64,000 bases of DNA from an uncultured bacterium. GTDB taxonomy: Bacteria > Hydrothermota > UBA3073 > NMUJ01 > CBEVQO01. Each line of letters opens with the position of its first letter. The stretch's first letter is position 1. The DNA is taken from positions 320,001-384,000 of the forward strand of contig CBEVQO010000002.1 of the NCBI GenBank assembly GCA_965552055.1, written 5' to 3'. Positions 20,298 through 30,507 of this stretch are shown piece after piece. The notes under the pieces are model-generated. The model worked only from the letters and a program-made list of their open reading frames with translations. It made no database searches and had not been told where the DNA came from. Both the position numbers and the translations under genes were made by a program.

Positions 20298-22754
20298 TCA
20301 CAAATTTTTACTCTCAATTATCTTTTTTATTTCTTTTACAAATCTTTTCTTATCAGAATATAAACACTCTTCCATTGTCTCCCATATTTTTGCATTTTCT
20401 TTATCAATCTGCTTATAATACGATAAATAAAGTTTAAGCCCTTCCTTAGGAGTTTTTCTCGTAATTTCTCTATAAATCTTTTCAATTTTATTCACAATAG
20501 AAGGATTTATGTAATAAAATGTACTTTCTTCTATTGGAAATCCTTCAAATTGTTTAATTTCTATTTCTTTTTCTAAAATAGATGAATCGTTTAAGTCATA
20601 AGCAACAACCTTAAATATATTTTTCCCTAATTTTAATTGCAATGAAAGAATTAAGTCTATTTCTTTTTTATCAAACATTTTTCTTATCAATAAACTATCG
20701 TCCCAATAAAATTTTACTTGTTTAACCAAAGTATCGTCTTTCACTTTTACTTTTACTTTAATTATGCTATCACAAATTACATTTGGAATTTTAATGCTAA
20801 TTTTAGGCAATGTGACATCATTATAAAACTTAAAAGTTTTACTCATAAAGCCTTTATCAGTTTTCAATACCCATTTTATTGATATTTGATTTAGCATGGG
20901 ATTAAGGTAATGTCTGGTTAATATGAGAGGTAAACTTGTAGTTGAAAGAACGCGGTCATTTATTTTTACAATTAATTTTTTAATATGTCTCCTGTGTGAG
21001 CAATCAATCACCACTCTGTCTTCTTTCTTCTTTATTATAGGCTCTATTCTTGTAATTTTCAAAGAGTATACTCTCTCATTTCCGTATTTATCTAAAGCAA
21101 TGAGATTTACTCTCGAGATTTTTTCTTCTTGTAATTTATCGGTTAATAAAAAGAAATCTTCCTTTAGTTTTTTACTACTTATTTCTCTTTTAATTATTCT
21201 CTCATAAGAAGTATTCGGAGTAAAAACCGAACATTTTACAGTTGAAAGCATTGCATTATCCTCCACATAATATGATAACAATAAACTATCATTAATTATT
21301 TTATAATCCGCCATTTTAATTACCGGGGGCAATAAATCAATATATTTTTCAAAATCTTTAACCCACTTCCCTCTCCCTTTAAACAGAAGTAATTTTAATT
21401 TAAGGGTAGTTGCTAATGGTTTATTGATATAAATTGTCAGCTTATTTTTAGTACAATGATATTTATAAGGTATTTTACTCCTTATTTTAAGCGAGTCACA
21501 CTCACATTTTATCTGGATTTTGTTTCTCTTTTGCATTAATGCTAAATTTGGTTCTGACAATTCTATTTCTTCCCTTCTCACATTATTTGCTTTATCAAAT
21601 GCTATCAAATAAAGTTTTTCGTTTTCTCCTATTGGTAATGTTTTTTCTCCGCTCGCATCTATTTCATAAGTATTATCAGTTTTTAGAAAAACGCTGGATA
21701 TCGAAAAATTATCCTCTACTTTCCATTTGATTTTTATTTTGTCTCTTTTTATTTCATAAGAATAAAATATTTTGGGCGGGTTCTTATCCCATAATATTAC
21801 CTTTTCCTTTTCATAAGTTAAACCTTCTTTCAAGAATACTCTTAATTTAATTTTATGTTTTCCTTCTTTCGAAATAAATTTTTCTAAATTTAACTTTATT
21901 GAGGGAGATTTAGTTACCAGAACCGAGCGTCCATCAATAAAAAGAATTGCTTTTTTAAAAGGAAAGTTAGTCAATACTTTTACTTTAAATTTTGAAGCTC
22001 GGGGACCCCATTCCCTTCTTTCCGGAAATTCTATTTTTGCAATATTTTTTGTAACTGTAAGAGAATATTCTTTGTAAAAATCACTGAATGCCAAGATATA
22101 ATTATAATTACCGCTGGGTAAAATAAATTTCTCGGTTGAGAAAATACCATCTTCTTTTAATCCATCATTATGTTTTCCGTCATCATATAAAATGATTTGC
22201 TTATTAAGAGCTGGAATTATACATTTACCTACTGTATCTCTTATCCGGGTAGTGTACACCATCAGTTTTAATGTATCTTTTAATGCGTACCTTTCAGTAG
22301 CAATCTTATATTTAGTATTAAGTATCTTGATACCTTTAATGCGAGGTCCGAACATCCGTTTAGTTATATAAACTCCTGAAATAAAGGAAAATAAAAGTAA
22401 AAATGGAAGAGAGAGAATAATTGTTTTTACCACTTTTAATTGCTTCGTTATTTCTCCGATTATTTCAAAAATTTTTGTCTTTAAATTCTCCACAAAGTTA
22501 TTTACTTTTTCTTCAGTATTTTTCATCGAATAACTTAAATTTTCATTAAAATCGGTCAATATTTGTGAAATCTTTCTTTTGAGTTCTTCGTTCAATGCTC
22601 TAGTTATTTCCGGAAAAACTTCTCGTTTAAGCATTTCTTCTTTTAATTTGCAGACGATCGCCACTACCTGATCCACTAAAACTCTATCCCAGAATTCTTT
22701 TAATATCTCTTCTGTCTTCTTTTTTAATAATTCAAAAATTTCATCCCTTTTCAT
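20298..22754 (-). CDS. large single-pass membrane protein with Ig-like repeats and choice-of-anchor X-like motif
   Basis: N-terminal helical region; TM IILSLPFLLLFSFISGVYI; LYDDGKHNDGLKEDGIFS; repeated D..PP.I / A.DK.GN Ig-like ends. Confidence 0.7.
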   Translation of the reverse strand: MKRDEIFELLKKKTEEILKEFWDRVLVDQVVAIVCKLKEEMLKREVFPEITRALNEELKRKISQILTDFNENLSYSMKNTEEKVNNFVENLKTKIFEIIGEITKQLKVVKTIILSLPFLLLFSFISGVYITKRMFGPRIKGIKILNTKYKIATERYALKDTLKLMVYTTRIRDTVGKCIIPALNKQIILYDDGKHNDGLKEDGIFSTEKFILPSGNYNYILAFSDFYKEYSLTVTKNIAKIEFPERREWGPRASKFKVKVLTNFPFKKAILFIDGRSVLVTKSPSIKLNLEKFISKEGKHKIKLRVFLKEGLTYEKEKVILWDKNPPKIFYSYEIKRDKIKIKWKVEDNFSISSVFLKTDNTYEIDASGEKTLPIGENEKLYLIAFDKANNVRREEIELSEPNLALMQKRNKIQIKCECDSLKIRSKIPYKYHCTKNKLTIYINKPLATTLKLKLLLFKGRGKWVKDFEKYIDLLPPVIKMADYKIINDSLLLSYYVEDNAMLSTVKCSVFTPNTSYERIIKREISSKKLKEDFFLLTDKLQEEKISRVNLIALDKYGNERVYSLKITRIEPIIKKKEDRVVIDCSHRRHIKKLIVKINDRVLSTTSLPLILTRHYLNPMLNQISIKWVLKTDKGFMSKTFKFYNDVTLPKISIKIPNVICDSIIKVKVKVKDDTLVKQVKFYWDDSLLIRKMFDKKEIDLILSLQLKLGKNIFKVVAYDLNDSSILEKEIEIKQFEGFPIEESTFYYINPSIVNKIEKIYREITRKTPKEGLKLYLSYYKQIDKENAKIWETMEECLYSDKKRFVKEIKKIIESKNL

Positions 22755-24834
22755 GATATTTCCTCCTTATTTTCCTTATTTTTTCTATTTTTCTACTACA
22801 AAATTCCACTTTTTTATTCTCTTCGTTTATTCTTCTAATGAGTAATTCTTTTTCTCTATTTATTTCTTCCTCAGTTCTTTCTAAATCCTTTCTCAAAGTA
22901 TCTATTTGAGAATCAATTTCTTTAATTTTTCTTTTTGTTTCTTCCTTTATTTCTTTCTTGATTTCTTCACAGATTTTTTTACTTTTCTTTTTTACTTCAT
23001 CTTCATCAAATTGTTCATTAAATTTTTCAAATATCTCTTGTACTATTGATTTAGCATCTCTTTTTGCCCTTCGCCAATAGCAGAGACATTTAGCCGTAAA
23101 TGGTTCAGTCCAATCTTCTCTTTTATAGCCCCAGTATTCTGAATCTTTATTATCGATTTTCATTTTACACCAATTTACATAAGGCTCCAATTGCATTAAT
23201 CTAAATTTATTTATAATCTTACGCAAAACATTATTATTTTTTATTTTCATCTTACAATAATTCCTCAATTCTTCTCTCTTCTCTTCTAATAAATAACGCA
23301 AATCATTATCAAAATAATTTTTTACTTTTTTGTATTTTTTAATACCTAAAATGGTCTCGCCGGGTTCACATCTAATCTCTATGTCTTCCAAAACATCTTC
23401 ACATTCGCTTTCTATTTTTTGTTTCATCATGTTTATAGTATCTACGGCTTCCTTTTTATCTTTTTCAACTTTCTCTAATTTTATTCTTTCTTTTTCTTTA
23501 ATTATTCTTTTCATCTCCTCCAATCTACTTATTTCTGCTCTTAACCTTTCTTCCCTCTGGGTCTTTTCTTCTTCGAGCGCTTCTTTTCTTTTTTGCAAAC
23601 TTTCCATCATTTGACGATGATGTTCTTCTTTTTCTTTTAATTTTTCGAGCACTTCTTGAACTATTCCTAAAAGAGGTTCTTTGATCAAAGGTTCGTGCTT
23701 TTTCTCTAAATGAGATTTCAAATCGGATACAAATTTTTCCCATTCTTTGTCCTCTTTTCCTTCTTTTACATTTTTCACTGAGACAAAATAAACTTTTGAA
23801 ATTTTATAATCTTTTAACCATTTAAGTACAAATTCTCTTATTTCTTTTATTGCCTTCTCTCCTCCTTCTGAATATGGAATGTCTTTTTTGTTAATCACAA
23901 AAAATACCCTCTCATTCATTTCTTCTTTTCTATCAATAGTTGGTTTTATCAAATTTAAAATACAATCGAGTATTTCTTTTACATTTTTATTAAAACCTCC
24001 TTTTTGTCCTGGTGCCACGATTATAAAAGCATCACTTTTTATTATTTGGTCTACAGCTATTCCCGTATGTCTTTTTATTAGCGAATGAGTACCTGGAGTA
24101 TCAACTACTTCCACATCTTTCAAAATATCGAAAGGATATTTTACCTCCACTCTATTTATCAAAAAACCATACAAAATATCATCATAAGTTTTATATTTCT
24201 CAACTTTGGTCAGTAACTTTGATTCTATTGCCTTCATTTTTTCATAATCAAAATAAACTTTTACATTTTGTGGATATTTATCAGTAAACTCTTTTAAAAT
24301 TTCCATCTTCTGCTCCTCTTGTAACTTTTTGGAATATTCATATATTTTTTCTTTTATTTCATCCATGTAATTTTTCAGTTGTTGAGAGGAAATTTTTTCT
24401 TTTGTTTGTTCATTTTGAGCATATTTTATTAACCCATCATTTATAAACATTGTCAATGCTTTTATTGATTCATTTTCGGGAATTATCTTAACTCTTTTTT
24501 CATCTATTTCAGTTTTATATAATGTAAAACTTTGTTCTTTTTCAAAATATATTTTTTTCTCTTTTTGCCCGTAATGCACAAAAGTCACAGCACAAGTAGT
24601 AGGAGTAGGTCCTTCTGGTAACATGTCTTCTTTCAATAAACAATTTAGCAGAGAAGATTTTCCAGCCGAAAAAGGTCCTGTTACAGTAATATAATATTTC
24701 TCTTCTTCTATTTTCTTCTTCACCTCATCTATTCGCCTTAAAAGTAAAGGCAAGGGAATATCCTCTATCTCGTTTTTAATCTTCGTAAGCAGATTCTTTG
24801 CACGCATTTTACTTTCATGATGTAATGTTTTCAT
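22741..24834 (-). CDS. bacterial dynamin-like GTPase (4th in operon)
   Basis: G1 GPFSAGKSS, G2 PTT, G3 DTPG, G4 NKKD; long coiled-coil C-terminus; ATG24834 after AGGAGG. Confidence 0.88.
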   Translation of the reverse strand: MKTLHHESKMRAKNLLTKIKNEIEDIPLPLLLRRIDEVKKKIEEEKYYITVTGPFSAGKSSLLNCLLKEDMLPEGPTPTTCAVTFVHYGQKEKKIYFEKEQSFTLYKTEIDEKRVKIIPENESIKALTMFINDGLIKYAQNEQTKEKISSQQLKNYMDEIKEKIYEYSKKLQEEQKMEILKEFTDKYPQNVKVYFDYEKMKAIESKLLTKVEKYKTYDDILYGFLINRVEVKYPFDILKDVEVVDTPGTHSLIKRHTGIAVDQIIKSDAFIIVAPGQKGGFNKNVKEILDCILNLIKPTIDRKEEMNERVFFVINKKDIPYSEGGEKAIKEIREFVLKWLKDYKISKVYFVSVKNVKEGKEDKEWEKFVSDLKSHLEKKHEPLIKEPLLGIVQEVLEKLKEKEEHHRQMMESLQKRKEALEEEKTQREERLRAEISRLEEMKRIIKEKERIKLEKVEKDKKEAVDTINMMKQKIESECEDVLEDIEIRCEPGETILGIKKYKKVKNYFDNDLRYLLEEKREELRNYCKMKIKNNNVLRKIINKFRLMQLEPYVNWCKMKIDNKDSEYWGYKREDWTEPFTAKCLCYWRRAKRDAKSIVQEIFEKFNEQFDEDEVKKKSKKICEEIKKEIKEETKRKIKEIDSQIDTLRKDLERTEEEINREKELLIRRINEENKKVEFCSRKIEKIRKIRRKYHEKG

Positions 24835-25702
24835 TTTCACCTCCTTTTAACATCTCCATTCCTTTTAGTAAAAACCATAATGTAAAAACTTCTCCTAATG
24901 TATCAATCTCGTTCTTTACTTTATTCAAAATCCTTCTGATTTTGTCCAAATAAAATGCCGAACATTTCTCCAAAATTATTTTTAACACATCGTTCACATT
25001 AGTATGAGAGAACTTAACTATGTCCTTTTTACTGCAATTAAAATCTTTGAGGATTTGCTCCCTCGTCAATCGCACAAACTCATCCTTCCTTTCACTTTTT
25101 TCGTAATTTATTGCAAAGATAACTTCTTTGTTTACCCCAATTTTTATTTCTTCCACATTTTGACAGAAAAACGCATAATCTTCTCCCTCCTGGTGTATTA
25201 CTAAATTAATTAAATTAATGTCGGGACTAGTTTTAGAAACAAATTCCGGTATTTTATTCACATATTTTTCCCAATTTTTCTGTATTTCATCCTCTGCACT
25301 CCCCCAGCCCGGTGTGTCAATAAACCGGCAAATTAATAAAAGAGGATGATTATATTCTATCTCAGCATAAATAATTTTATTTACTTCATTCTGTGCCTTT
25401 TGATAAGATGCTACTTTTTGCCATTTCTTTTTATCATATATTGTTTTTTCATCACCATTCTCATACTTTATAAAAGCCCTAAAAGATTCTCCGTACTTCA
25501 CTAAAGTGAAAAAATAAGAAGTAGAAGTAAATCCCATAGGTACCAAATGTTCTGATTCTTTCGTTATATCAATATCTAGAAGTTTATTGATAAGTAAAGA
25601 TTTCCCCGCTTTATCACTCCCCCATATACCAAAAATTAATTCCGGCTCATCACTGCATAAGATCTGTTTTTTTACAAAAATTAAGTCCTCTAACTTTAAC
25701 AT
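24815..25702 (-). CDS. short, divergent dynamin-like GTPase (3rd)
   Basis: G1 GSDKAGKS, G3 DTPG, G4 degenerate (NYEK); little stalk. Confidence 0.78.
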   Translation of the reverse strand: MLKLEDLIFVKKQILCSDEPELIFGIWGSDKAGKSLLINKLLDIDITKESEHLVPMGFTSTSYFFTLVKYGESFRAFIKYENGDEKTIYDKKKWQKVASYQKAQNEVNKIIYAEIEYNHPLLLICRFIDTPGWGSAEDEIQKNWEKYVNKIPEFVSKTSPDINLINLVIHQEGEDYAFFCQNVEEIKIGVNKEVIFAINYEKSERKDEFVRLTREQILKDFNCSKKDIVKFSHTNVNDVLKIILEKCSAFYLDKIRRILNKVKNEIDTLGEVFTLWFLLKGMEMLKGGENENITS

Positions 25703-27261
25703 TTTATTTCTTCCTTTATTCTTTTAATCTCTTCTTTTATCTCTAATATTTCCTCATATTTTCTTTTTACATTTTCTAATTCTTTTTGATATTTATTTGC
25801 ATCAATTTTTGCATTTATTTGCTGTATATATTTATTTATTGCTTCTTGAAGATGCTCTTTTATCGCTTCCTGTGTCTCTTCGCATAAAGTATCAAGAATT
25901 TCATTAACCTTATTTTTGATACTACGCTTTTCCACTTCTTTTAGTACATTTTTCAAAATTTGACCGGTATATTTAAATACTCTCTTAAAAAATATCTTCC
26001 AGTTTTTTATTTTATCCATCTCCTCGGATCTTATCTTTTGCCCCGAAGATTTTTTCGAAAATTTCTTTACCAACTTTTCGGCTAATTTCTCCGAAATAGA
26101 GTCTAGTATCTCTTCTACTTTTTGATTTATTTTTTCTTTCCATTCCTCAGGCAAATTTTCAAAAATTTCTTCTATTTTAGAAATAACAGGCACAGGTAAT
26201 TTACCTTCCTCTTCTTTTGTTTCTATCTCTATTGGCATAATATCTATATTTTGCAATATACAAAACTTTTTAACTACTTCTTTAATTCTTTCACTAAATT
26301 TTGTCTCGAAATTCTGAAGCCATTCCTCGGGATATAAATTTTCATTTATCTCCAATTCACGCTCAAAATTTATTTTTCCTTCTTTTATTATACTTTTCAC
26401 TTCTATTAATACTCCTTCAAGCATATTTTGTAGCAAATGCATTCTCTTTTCCAGAGCAGATTTTACTCTCTTAACTCTTTCTGCTTCTTTTTCGCTTTCT
26501 TTCAATTTTTCTTCAATTTTTTTGAAGGTCTTATCGGCTAATTTTTCGATATTATTAATAAAAGTCTTCAAATGTGTTTGAGAGCCTTTTTGCTCTAAAA
26601 AATGCTCTAAATATTCTAAAAATCCTCCATCGATTTTATTCTTACCCGAAGTGAAAAACACGGGGAATTCCATACCCAAGTTTTTCTTAAAATTCGCAAA
26701 AAACTGCAAAAACTCCATTTTTGCTTCTTCTTTCACCTCGTCGATTTTATTCACAATTACAGCAAAATCTTTATTTTTTAAGTTCTTAATAAATTCTTTA
26801 ATTAAACCTGTCATAGGCTGTGAAGCTCTGGTAAAAACTGCAACAAAGTCAGCATATTTTACAAAAGAATTGGTAATTTCTGAAAGTTCTTTCTTTAAGG
26901 ATTTTAAACCTGGGGAGTCCACCCAGTAAATAGGGGGTAAATCCTCTTTCTTACATTCTAACGCATAAATATAATGTGAATTTAGAATCTTATTTAACTT
27001 TTGCGTCTTACCTTTATTTTTTATGAGTATAATCTTTTCAGTAGTGGGTAGCACATCTACTCTTAAATTCAGTTCAAAAAGAGAGTTCAAAAATGTGGTC
27101 TTGCCTGTGTTAAATTCTCCAGCAAACATTAGGATAAAAGGCTCCTGTAAAACTTCTTTTAACTTTTCGATTTCTTCTTTCTCATCGCAGTATTTCTGTA
27201 ACCTATCTGCCAAAGATTTACTTCTTTCTAATAAATTCATATAATTTTTCATCTCAAACAT
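25696..27261 (-). CDS. bacterial dynamin-like GTPase (2nd)
   Basis: GEFNTGKTT, PTT, DSPG, NKID; start moved to ATG27261 after GGAGG. Confidence 0.88.
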   Translation of the reverse strand: MFEMKNYMNLLERSKSLADRLQKYCDEKEEIEKLKEVLQEPFILMFAGEFNTGKTTFLNSLFELNLRVDVLPTTEKIILIKNKGKTQKLNKILNSHYIYALECKKEDLPPIYWVDSPGLKSLKKELSEITNSFVKYADFVAVFTRASQPMTGLIKEFIKNLKNKDFAVIVNKIDEVKEEAKMEFLQFFANFKKNLGMEFPVFFTSGKNKIDGGFLEYLEHFLEQKGSQTHLKTFINNIEKLADKTFKKIEEKLKESEKEAERVKRVKSALEKRMHLLQNMLEGVLIEVKSIIKEGKINFERELEINENLYPEEWLQNFETKFSERIKEVVKKFCILQNIDIMPIEIETKEEEGKLPVPVISKIEEIFENLPEEWKEKINQKVEEILDSISEKLAEKLVKKFSKKSSGQKIRSEEMDKIKNWKIFFKRVFKYTGQILKNVLKEVEKRSIKNKVNEILDTLCEETQEAIKEHLQEAINKYIQQINAKIDANKYQKELENVKRKYEEILEIKEEIKRIKEEIKC

Positions 27262-29015
27262 TGCTCCTCCTCTTTTATAACATCCATTGTCCTTCTTGTT
27301 AATTTTCTCAACTCTGTCCATTTATCCTTATTTTCTTCCAATTCTATTATTTTCTTATCTATCCCTTTTATTTTTTCGAGCATTTTGTCCTTTATCTTTT
27401 CAAAAGCTTCTCCAAAAACTTTTTTAAACTCCTCACACACTTTTTCTTCTGTCCTCTTAAACGCAATTTTCATTTCCGTATAAAGTTTGCTTTTCAATTC
27501 AACAAGTTTTCTTCTAAGAGTAAGAGAACCTAATATTATAATAATTATATCATCGATTGGACCAGGAATAAATTGAGCGATTACCAAAAGTATACTAATT
27601 ATGCCTATTTTTTGCCATATATCGTTAATAACATCAGCAATCATATTTTTTATTTCCTCTGGAGCTATTTCAGGTTTAATCTTTACCGGCAAACGCTCTA
27701 ACAAAGCGATTGTGAACTCCGATTCCATTAATTCTTTCACTTCTTTTTGTATTTTGTCCTGTATTTTTTCTACTTCGTGTTTTGTTTTTTCTTTTACTCT
27801 TTTCATCACTTCCTCTTTTAACTTATCTTTCTTCCTAAAATAGCTACTTATCTTACCTGTTATTCTCTCTATTTCGTTATACGATACCTCAAAATACAGC
27901 TCTCTCAGTTTCTTTATCTCATTTGAAATTATAAACTCAATTTTCTCTTCTATTCTTCTTTTTGCAGGATAGAGAGTTTCTTTTATATATTCATTTTCTA
28001 AACTTTTACGCTCATATAATTTTTCTAATTCACCTTTAATTTGTTCAATTTCTTTTACACAGATTTTATTCAATTTATTCAATTCTTTTTCCATTCCACC
28101 TAAAATTGATTTTATCTTTTGCGCTCTTAAACCTTTCACATTATCAAAAAACTCTTCTCGTAAGAATTTTATTAACGATAGGTATCCCCATCTATCTAAT
28201 TCTTTTTCATCAAAGCCATTTTTTAATATTTCTTTTACTTTCTTTGCGGAGTATAAAAATACTCTATTTTTCACCATCTCTTTACTAAAATTCACACTTA
28301 TCCAATCTTTTATTTTTTCGATATTTTCCTGTGATTCTTCTTGATCAATTTTGTTAATCACCCCCACAATACTTTTGCTGTATTCTTTTAACTCCTCTAT
28401 CAATGACTTTTCTATTTCCGAACCCGCTTGAGTAGCATCAAATATCCATATAGCAGCATTTACTTTCGGTAAATATTCATATACCACTTTATCGTCTAAT
28501 TCATAAGGAGAGTTAAATCCGGGAGTATTGACCATCACAAGATTTGTTAATTCTTTGCAGGGTAAAAATAACTTAATTATAGTTTCTTCTCTTTTTATCT
28601 TGTCCTCTTGATGTTTTATGTATTCCCATAAACTTTTTAAATCCTCTTTTTCATTTATTGCTATCTCCTTCTTTTTTGTTCCCATTAAAATCTCCGCTTT
28701 TATGTGTTCTCCATAATGTAATTCAGTAATAACTGCATCTGTCGGAGTAAATCCCTCTGGTAGTAATTGGTCTTCAATTAGAATGTGGTCAATTGCCTCA
28801 TTAGCTATTAACACCGAATTTATAAAAGTAGATTTCCCGCTCTTAGTTTCCCCAATTACCGCTAATCTAAATGGCTCTTCCACAACCTTTTTATATTTTT
28901 GCAAGTTCGAAAGCACCACGGGAATGAATGAATCAAGATTCTTGAATTTATCTGCCTCTTCAATAAAATTATCTATTGCACTAATTACTGCATTTTGTTT
29001 TATATCTGCAATCAT
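27249..29015 (-). CDS. bacterial dynamin-like GTPase (1st) with hydrophobic membrane segment
   Basis: GETKSGKST, PTD, NTPG (G3 D>N), NKID; IGIISILLVIAQFIPGPIDDIIIIILG. Confidence 0.88.
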   Translation of the reverse strand: MIADIKQNAVISAIDNFIEEADKFKNLDSFIPVVLSNLQKYKKVVEEPFRLAVIGETKSGKSTFINSVLIANEAIDHILIEDQLLPEGFTPTDAVITELHYGEHIKAEILMGTKKKEIAINEKEDLKSLWEYIKHQEDKIKREETIIKLFLPCKELTNLVMVNTPGFNSPYELDDKVVYEYLPKVNAAIWIFDATQAGSEIEKSLIEELKEYSKSIVGVINKIDQEESQENIEKIKDWISVNFSKEMVKNRVFLYSAKKVKEILKNGFDEKELDRWGYLSLIKFLREEFFDNVKGLRAQKIKSILGGMEKELNKLNKICVKEIEQIKGELEKLYERKSLENEYIKETLYPAKRRIEEKIEFIISNEIKKLRELYFEVSYNEIERITGKISSYFRKKDKLKEEVMKRVKEKTKHEVEKIQDKIQKEVKELMESEFTIALLERLPVKIKPEIAPEEIKNMIADVINDIWQKIGIISILLVIAQFIPGPIDDIIIIILGSLTLRRKLVELKSKLYTEMKIAFKRTEEKVCEEFKKVFGEAFEKIKDKMLEKIKGIDKKIIELEENKDKWTELRKLTRRTMDVIKEEEQCLR

Positions 29016-29191
29016 TTCCCCTCCTTTTCTATATCTTTTAAGATTTTATCTATTGTTTCGGCTACAATTTGCTTAATATTTTCAAAAGTTTTATTTAATT
29101 TTTCATCTGTGGTCTCGATGCAAAAATTTCTTAACTCTTTCAGTGAATCAATTAACCATTTTGTTTCCTTGTATAGTTTCTCCCTAAACAT
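29012..29191 (-). CDS. small helical hypothetical protein (59 aa, not in ORF track)
   Basis: MFREKLYKETKWLIDSLKELRNFCIETTDEKLNKTFENIKQIVAETIDKILKDIEKEGK*; ATGA overlap with the first dynamin. Confidence 0.7.
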   Translation of the reverse strand: MFREKLYKETKWLIDSLKELRNFCIETTDEKLNKTFENIKQIVAETIDKILKDIEKEGK

Positions 29192-29198
29192 GTTTATT

Positions 29199-29420
29199 TT
29201 ATTCTATTCCTAGCCATCTAAATGGGCAAATTTTACAAACGATAATCCTTAAAAACCACGGCACAGGACAATTCATGCACGGATGAATAATGCCCTTTTT
29301 CGTCTCACCTCCTTCCTTTTTTATCACTTTTTCATCGTGAAGTTTATTTATTTCTTTCTCATATGCGTCTAAATTCCATTTATCAGTTATATTTTTAACT
29401 ATTTCAAATCTTTCTCTCAT
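29199..29420 (-). CDS. small protein with two CxxC motifs
   Basis: PCMNCPVPWFLRIIVCKICPF; ATGA-coupled to the upstream 80-aa gene. Confidence 0.65.
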   Translation of the reverse strand: MRERFEIVKNITDKWNLDAYEKEINKLHDEKVIKKEGGETKKGIIHPCMNCPVPWFLRIIVCKICPFRWLGIE

Positions 29421-29659
29421 TTCCCCTCCTTTTCTGCTTCTTTTTCTAATTGTTCTGCTATTGTGCGCAGGGCTTCTGCTCCTGCTTTTAAGCCTGCTTT
29501 CTTCCAGAAGTCCGCTTTTTGGTAGCGTGATTTGCCATCCTTATCTTCCTGTGTGCCTTCTTCCATAAAATCTTTTACAAACCTTGCCATCACTTTACTT
29601 GCGAATTCCTCCCAGAATTCCTGTCTCTTCCAGAAAGGTACTTTTTCCTTTTCACTCAT
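29417..29659 (-). CDS. 80-aa hypothetical protein, copy A
   Basis: Strong RBS; near-identical to copies at 30256-30498 and 31331-31582. Confidence 0.8.
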   Translation of the reverse strand: MSEKEKVPFWKRQEFWEEFASKVMARFVKDFMEEGTQEDKDGKSRYQKADFWKKAGLKAGAEALRTIAEQLEKEAEKEGK

Positions 29660-29676
29660 ATCCCCCTCCTTATTAA

Positions 29677-29703
29677 AACTTAAATGAGTTACAGCAATGT
29701 CAA
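29677..29703 (-). promoter_or_regulatory. internal sigma70-type promoter upstream of copy A and the dynamin genes (TTGACA-N15-TAAGTT)
   Basis: Read directly; spacer nearly identical to that upstream of the sigma gene. Confidence 0.55.
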
Positions 29704-29820
29704 CAAATATATTCTAAAAGTTTGCTTTGGACCGATTAAATTAAATAAAGGAGCAAGTATTTTATAATACCAAGGAATAGGCAATCTAGGAATTCCTTTA
29801 ACAGTAATCGGCTTACTCAT
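29689..29820 (-). CDS. 43-aa hydrophobic micro-protein (not in ORF track)
   Basis: GGAGGTG RBS then MSKPITVKGIPRLPIPWYYKILAPLFNLIGPKQTFRIYLLTLL*. Confidence 0.6.
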   Translation of the reverse strand: MSKPITVKGIPRLPIPWYYKILAPLFNLIGPKQTFRIYLLTLL

Positions 29821-29830
29821 ATGCACCTCC

Positions 29831-30259
29831 TTATAACCCATATTCTGATGGATTTAATCTCCTTTTCTCACAATATCTTTTTAAATCTTTCTGTACAAGT
29901 TTAATGCAAAGCGCAATTACAGTAGCATCGTCGAGATACCCTATGACAGGAATAAAATCAGGAACAATATCCCAGGGATTGATGAAATATATTAAAGCTG
30001 CAGCAACAGCTGCAATAGTATACCACGGAACATCAAAATCGCCTTTGAAAGAATCTCTTAACATTTCGTATAAGAGCCTTATTTGCATCCCAAGTTTTAC
30101 CAACCAATCTATTGCTGAATCTAGCAAGCCTGCCTTTTCGAGTTTCTTAGGAGTCGCCTCAATTGCGTATTTTACATCTTCTTTGTCAACATTTTCCCTT
30201 GCTTTGTTATACATTGCTTCTATTTTTTTCTTCTGTTCATCGGTTAATCTTTCTCTCAT
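29831..30259 (-). CDS. YkvA/DUF1232 family membrane protein
   Basis: AALIYFINPWDIVPDFIPVIGYLDD. Confidence 0.92.
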   Translation of the reverse strand: MRERLTDEQKKKIEAMYNKARENVDKEDVKYAIEATPKKLEKAGLLDSAIDWLVKLGMQIRLLYEMLRDSFKGDFDVPWYTIAAVAAALIYFINPWDIVPDFIPVIGYLDDATVIALCIKLVQKDLKRYCEKRRLNPSEYGL

Positions 30260-30498
30260 TTCCCCTCCTTTTCTGCTTCTTTTTCTAATTGTTCTGCTAT
30301 TGTGCGCAGGGCTTCTGCTCCTGCTTTTAAGCCTGCTTTCTTCCAGAAGTCCGCTTTTTGGTAGCGTGATTTGCCATCCTTATCTTCCTGTGTGCCTTCT
30401 TCCATAAAATCTTTTACAAACCTTGCCATCACTTTACTTGCGAATTCCTCCCAGAATTCCTGTCTCTTCCAGAAAGGTACTTTTTCCTTTTCACCCAT
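30256..30498 (-). CDS. 80-aa hypothetical protein, copy B
   Basis: Identical to copy A except residue 2. Confidence 0.8.
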   Translation of the reverse strand: MGEKEKVPFWKRQEFWEEFASKVMARFVKDFMEEGTQEDKDGKSRYQKADFWKKAGLKAGAEALRTIAEQLEKEAEKEGK

Positions 30499-30507
30499 AT
30501 CCCCTCC

